Position numbers and translations under genes: made by a program. The notes below the pieces were generated by a model. It saw nothing but the letters and a program-made list of their open reading frames with translations, was not told where the DNA came from and ran no database searches. Below are positions 59,729 to 64,000 of a DNA stretch of 64,000 nt, in pieces. Every line of letters begins with the position of its first letter. The stretch's first letter is position 1. The stretch is from Selaginella moellendorffii (lineage: Eukaryota > Plantae > Lycopodiophyta): assembly GCF_000143415.4 (NCBI RefSeq), contig NW_003314299.1, positions 1,424,316 through 1,488,315 of the forward strand, in the 5' to 3' direction.

Positions 59729-62702
59729 ATGGAGCTCGCTTGCGAGAATGGGAGGTGTCTGGTTTGCAAGAGGGAGCCGCCAGAGCAGGAGATCCTGCCT
59801 TGCGCCAGCTGCGGCTGTCTGTGGCATCTTCAATGCCTCAAGACGCCCAAGACCCTGGGGGATGTTCGTCCCGACTGGGAGTGCCCGGATTGCGAGTACG
59901 ATCCGGCCAGCAGCGGGAAGCCGCCGCCAAGCGGTGGTGGTGGAGATAAGGCGCTGGTGACAAAGATCCGTGAGATAAATGCGGATAACACTCTCTCCGA
60001 CGTCCAGAAAGCAGCGAAGCGGCAGAAGCTACTAAGCAATGGTGCTGTTCCGGCTGGAAGTCAGGAAGATCGAGATGAGTTGATTTGCATCTTTTGCCAG
60101 GGCCCTCTCGATCGCCCAGTCACGGTATGTTTCCTTTCCTTTTGTTCTCTCTTCTCTGTTCTTTCTTTCTGCAAGAAAACTAAGTTCTTTCTCCTTTTTT
60201 TTCTAGACACCTTGCGGCCACAACTTCTGCCTTAGATGTCTCCAGAAGTGGTTCGCCCAGGGACACAAGAAATGCGGGAAATGCCGGGTGGATTTCCACC
60301 GAAGTTTTATTCAGCAGCCAAAGATCAACCCGGTGCTTGTGCAAGCCATTCGAATGGCCAAGACTGCTGCCAGTGGAGTGAGCTCATCAGCTTCCAAGTC
60401 CGTCCAGTTCATCCAAAACAAGCACAGGCCAGACAAAGCATTCAAGAGCGAGAGAGCGAAAAAATCCGGGTTGTCAAACGCGTCGAGTGGAAGGATCTTC
60501 GTCACGGTTGGCAAGTATCACTTCGGGGCTATACCAGCCGAGAATGACCCCGAGAGGAACTTGGGAGTTTTGGTTGGCGAGACTTGGGCGGATAGGATGG
60601 AGTGCAGGCAATGGGGTGCTCACAGCCCCCACGTCGCGGGAATCGCTGGGCAAAGCGACAGAGGTGCTCAGTCTGTGGTCATGTCTGGCGGCTACGAGGA
60701 CGACGAGGACCATGGAGAATGGTTTCTCTACACCGGGAGGTGAGATTCACCTTGTTCTTACATGCGTTCTTTATGGCTTCCATTTTCGTTGCAGTGGTGG
60801 CAGGGATTTGAGTGGTAACAAACGAACGAACGATCAATCGTTCGACCAGGTCTTTTCGAAATCGAACAGAGCTCTCTCTGTAAGCTGTTTGAAAGGGTAC
60901 CCCGTACGCGTTGTGCGGTGAGCTTGTTGTTTTTGTTTTTCCTGGTTCTAGTATTTAGTAAGTGTGTTCTTGCAGATCGTCCAAAGACGTGCGTTCTGCT
61001 TACGCACCTCAAGAAGGCCTGAGGTACGATGGACTGTACAGAATTGAGAGGTGCTGGCGAAAAATCGGTCTCAAGGTAAGAGTGGTGTTTACTGTAATCG
61101 TTGCTAAGTCGTGAACCAGGGCTTTCTGGTGTGCCGGTATTTGTTCGTCAGGTGTGACAACGAGCCGGCACCCTGGACAAGGTGTGTGTTTCTGTAAATT
61201 CTATCGTGTATATTCTTTCTGATAATTCTGGTGATTAGTGAGGACTATGGCGATCGGCCACGTCCACTTCCAGAGATTGCAGAGCTTAAAAATGCCACGG
61301 ATGTCAAAGAAAGGAAGACGGAACGGCCGGCATGGGACTGGAAGGTAAAGATTGTGTTACCTTCTTTCATTATGCTCTTTAACATGGCAGTTTTAGGAGG
61401 ACGAGAATGTCTGGGGATGGACTAAGGCACCTCCAAGTTATAATCCGTCATCTGCTCGGAGGAAAAGTGTATCGTCAAAGGAAAAGGAACTGAAAACCAG
61501 TACGTACTTGCTTAAGTCATTGCGTACTCACGACAATGTTCTTTCTGTAGGATTTGGATGTGGCCTTTGCAAAAATGTATTGCAACGTCCGCTTTGCGCT
61601 CCTTGTGGCCACAATTTTTGTCAGTCTTGTTTGATTGGTCATTTTGCTGGCCACAAGGACGTTCGAGAGAGGGGCAATGGCCGACGGTCCCTCAGAGTTC
61701 GAAAGAACCAGAAGCTGTGTCCTCAGTGTAACAAGGACATCGCTGATTTCCTGGAAGCCCCTGCAGTAAGTAGACTTCTATCGGAATGAAGTTTTAAGTT
61801 TTTCTCTTGTCATCAGGTCAACAACGATATGGATAATGTCATTCAAAAACTGAAAGATGCCATTGCGGAACAGGAAGAGGAAAATCGTGATGCTGCTGCT
61901 GATGACGATGGAGATGAAGGGGCTGAAGAAGCGGAAGAAAACGAAGAGGCTGACGAACAGAAGCACGAGGATTGTTTTGGACGTGTGGTATAGTTTGGCT
62001 TATCATTTTTCTGTGGAATTGAAATGTGCTCATGCAGGATGCGAGTGTTACGGAGGGCAAGGAAATTGAGATGGCAAGTGCCATTGCCAAGAGAAAAGAG
62101 AAGGTGGATTTTCATGTTTAGTTTTGTTTCACTAATGCTTGGCATCACAGGATATAGCTGCAAATGCAGGAGTCAAGGTAAATGAGGACACGACTGTAAA
62201 CGGAGAACTTTCTGTACTCAAGGAAAAATCGGCACGGAGAACGCTCAAGGTAAATGAGGATACGAATGGTGTACTATCGGTGCGCAAGGACATGAGAACA
62301 GTCAAGGTAAATGCTTTCTCTATTTTGGCCTCGATGAAGATTAATTTGGTGGATGGTTCCAGGGTTCGACTGGAAAACATTCCTTGGGCAAGGAAAACTC
62401 GGCCACCATTGATGTGGAGGTAAAAACTCCTTATACTTCGGCTTAACTGACGTTTAGCGTTTTGTATGGCAGGATGGCGATGAAGAACTTTCCATGAGGG
62501 GAGAAGAGGCTAAGGTGAATGCTATGAGCTCTCTTTACTTTCCCCTCACTAAGCGTTTTGTTAATGGCAGGAAGTGGGAGAACTTCGCTTGGGAAATGGC
62601 AAAAGAGCTGCTGTGGACATCTCTAGCATTGCAAAGAGAACCAGAAGTAAGGGAACTGTGGAGCAGAAGAAGTCTGTTGTCATCGTTTTGGATGATGATT
62701 GA
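59729..62702 (+). CDS. VIM1: ORTHRUS/VIM (UHRF1-like) PHD-RING-SRA-RING E3 ligase with an extended acidic C-terminus (3' exons less certain)
   Basis: PHD CLVC...CASC..WHLQC..WECPDC, RING CIFC..PVT|[58 protein letters not shown], and second RING CGLC...[10 protein letters not shown]. Confidence 0.92.
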
Positions 62703-62890
62703 CTAGACTTTCATACATTTTAAGTTTTGGGAATATTCTTTAGTATGTTATCTTTCTCAATTCTTAACTTAATCGATTGTTAATATTAAGTATACAACGT
62801 GCGAAGAAGATGGTAGTCGTTTTTCTGTAACATACTGAGGAAGCCTAGTAAGCGTAGGGCACAGTATTCGCAGCGCCACCTCCTTAGAAC

Positions 62891-63700
62891 TCACTGTAAG
62901 GAAACGTAACGAAACGAGAAAACTTTGGCCTCAAAACCTTTGATGTTCCTGTCCTTGCAAAACTCGCTCCACAAGCGCTCCAGGTGCTCCGTCACCTCCT
63001 CGTCTTGCTTCGATGCGTCTAGCGAGGCAAGGCTTGTAAGTCCAGTCCGCGAGAGCAGCATCCGGCAATCGAAATCAACCATGCAGTCCATCTGCGCTCG
63101 CGCGTCGTCCCAGCGGATGCCATCTCGCAAGCATAGCATCTAAGCATGCGTTTTCGTGCTCGTCCAGCGCCGCTGCCTGCTCCTCATGCGGCTGAGCTGC
63201 TCTGGAGACGAACTTGGACACCGCCTGAGCATAACTAATATCCCTTGAGATGAAGTTCCTGACAACATCATTAAGACCTTCCCTGGTTTCAAGGTCTCAG
63301 TTGCCTTGGGGACGGGTAAGTGGAGCATCAAATTCTCCCCTTACCAAAGCTGCTGGACTTGGTGTCCAAGGTTGTAAACTGCGACTTCTTCCCCGTGGAC
63401 AACATGGTGAGTAACTCAAATCCTTGAAATCCCTGATCTTTATAAGTTCTCTCCACAAGGGGCGATCGGTTGTGCTTGACCAAGCTCGACGAGACCAAGT
63501 AAAACTGGTTTACTCGCAGCTTGCAGGACATCGAGTCCCGTCGCCTTTCCCGTTTGTTGAAATGGACGGCATGGAGTCTGCACCCCTGCGGGTCAAGGAA
63601 CTGGTACTGCTGCTCGAAGGGATCCACAACAACAAACTCCTGCGATCGCTCGCCCTCGAGAGGCCACCTGTTGCCGCACTACCATGCCATCTCGGCTTGC
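62891..63700 (-). pseudogene. Frameshifted unknown gene with a possible OB-fold-like segment
   Basis: Three abutting minus-strand ORFs; FLDPQGCRLHAV...LRVNQFYLVSS loosely resembles RPA70-type OB folds. Confidence 0.3.
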
Positions 63701-64000
63701 ACGCAGCACGCTCGCATCCGGCTTGGGCGCTACGACCTCCGAATCTATTACGACCACAAGTTGACGTGTAAGTTTTGTGCCTCTCCAGAGTTATATATGT
63801 TCAAGTGTTTTGCTGGACTAGATGGCCGGCTTGGGACACAGGATTCTAGCACGCAAGAGGAGGAGGAGGTATGTACATGTTTGTGTGCACAAACTTTGAT
63901 TCTTTTCTTCTTGCCAGGTTCTAGCAAATGCTTTTTGCAAGGAGCGCACTCCGTCCTTCATGGAGAAAGAGTGTGAGGGACTGCACTGTGAAGCAATGTG

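Overview
This is a gene-dense eukaryotic (land-plant) nuclear window, not prokaryotic. Genes have short GT-AG introns (mostly about 45-110 nt) and head-to-head gaps as small as 73-150 bp. The short-repeat PPR genes and a divergent GID1 point to a lycophyte such as Selaginella moellendorffii (inference). Intact genes, in order: myosin VIII 5' end, FBW2-like F-box/LRR, an archaeal/bacterial-type sirtuin with 5 introns, tandem plastid- and ER-type omega-3 desaturases, a GID1-like carboxylesterase, a 2OG-Fe(II) oxygenase, a PPR-E, GID1, a DUF1118/RIQ-like thylakoid protein, a TraB-like unknown, RabD, NARA5-like pfkB kinase, PSB33, CPSF73-II/INTS11, AHK1-like hybrid histidine kinase, a PLS-E PPR, mTERF4-like and ORTH/VIM. 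Accessory islands lie at 14.3-27.5 kb, 33.5-35.5 kb, 47-53.7 kb and 58.4-59.6 kb. They hold a frameshifted OTT_1508-like (toxin-type) nucleic-acid deaminase, a decayed gypsy element, scrambled copia pieces inside a PPR pseudogene, cyanovirin-N-homolog (CVNH) fragments, an inverted copy of the pfkB 3' end and ABCG/peptidase gene fragments. All homology calls come from motif recognition by eye; no searches were run.
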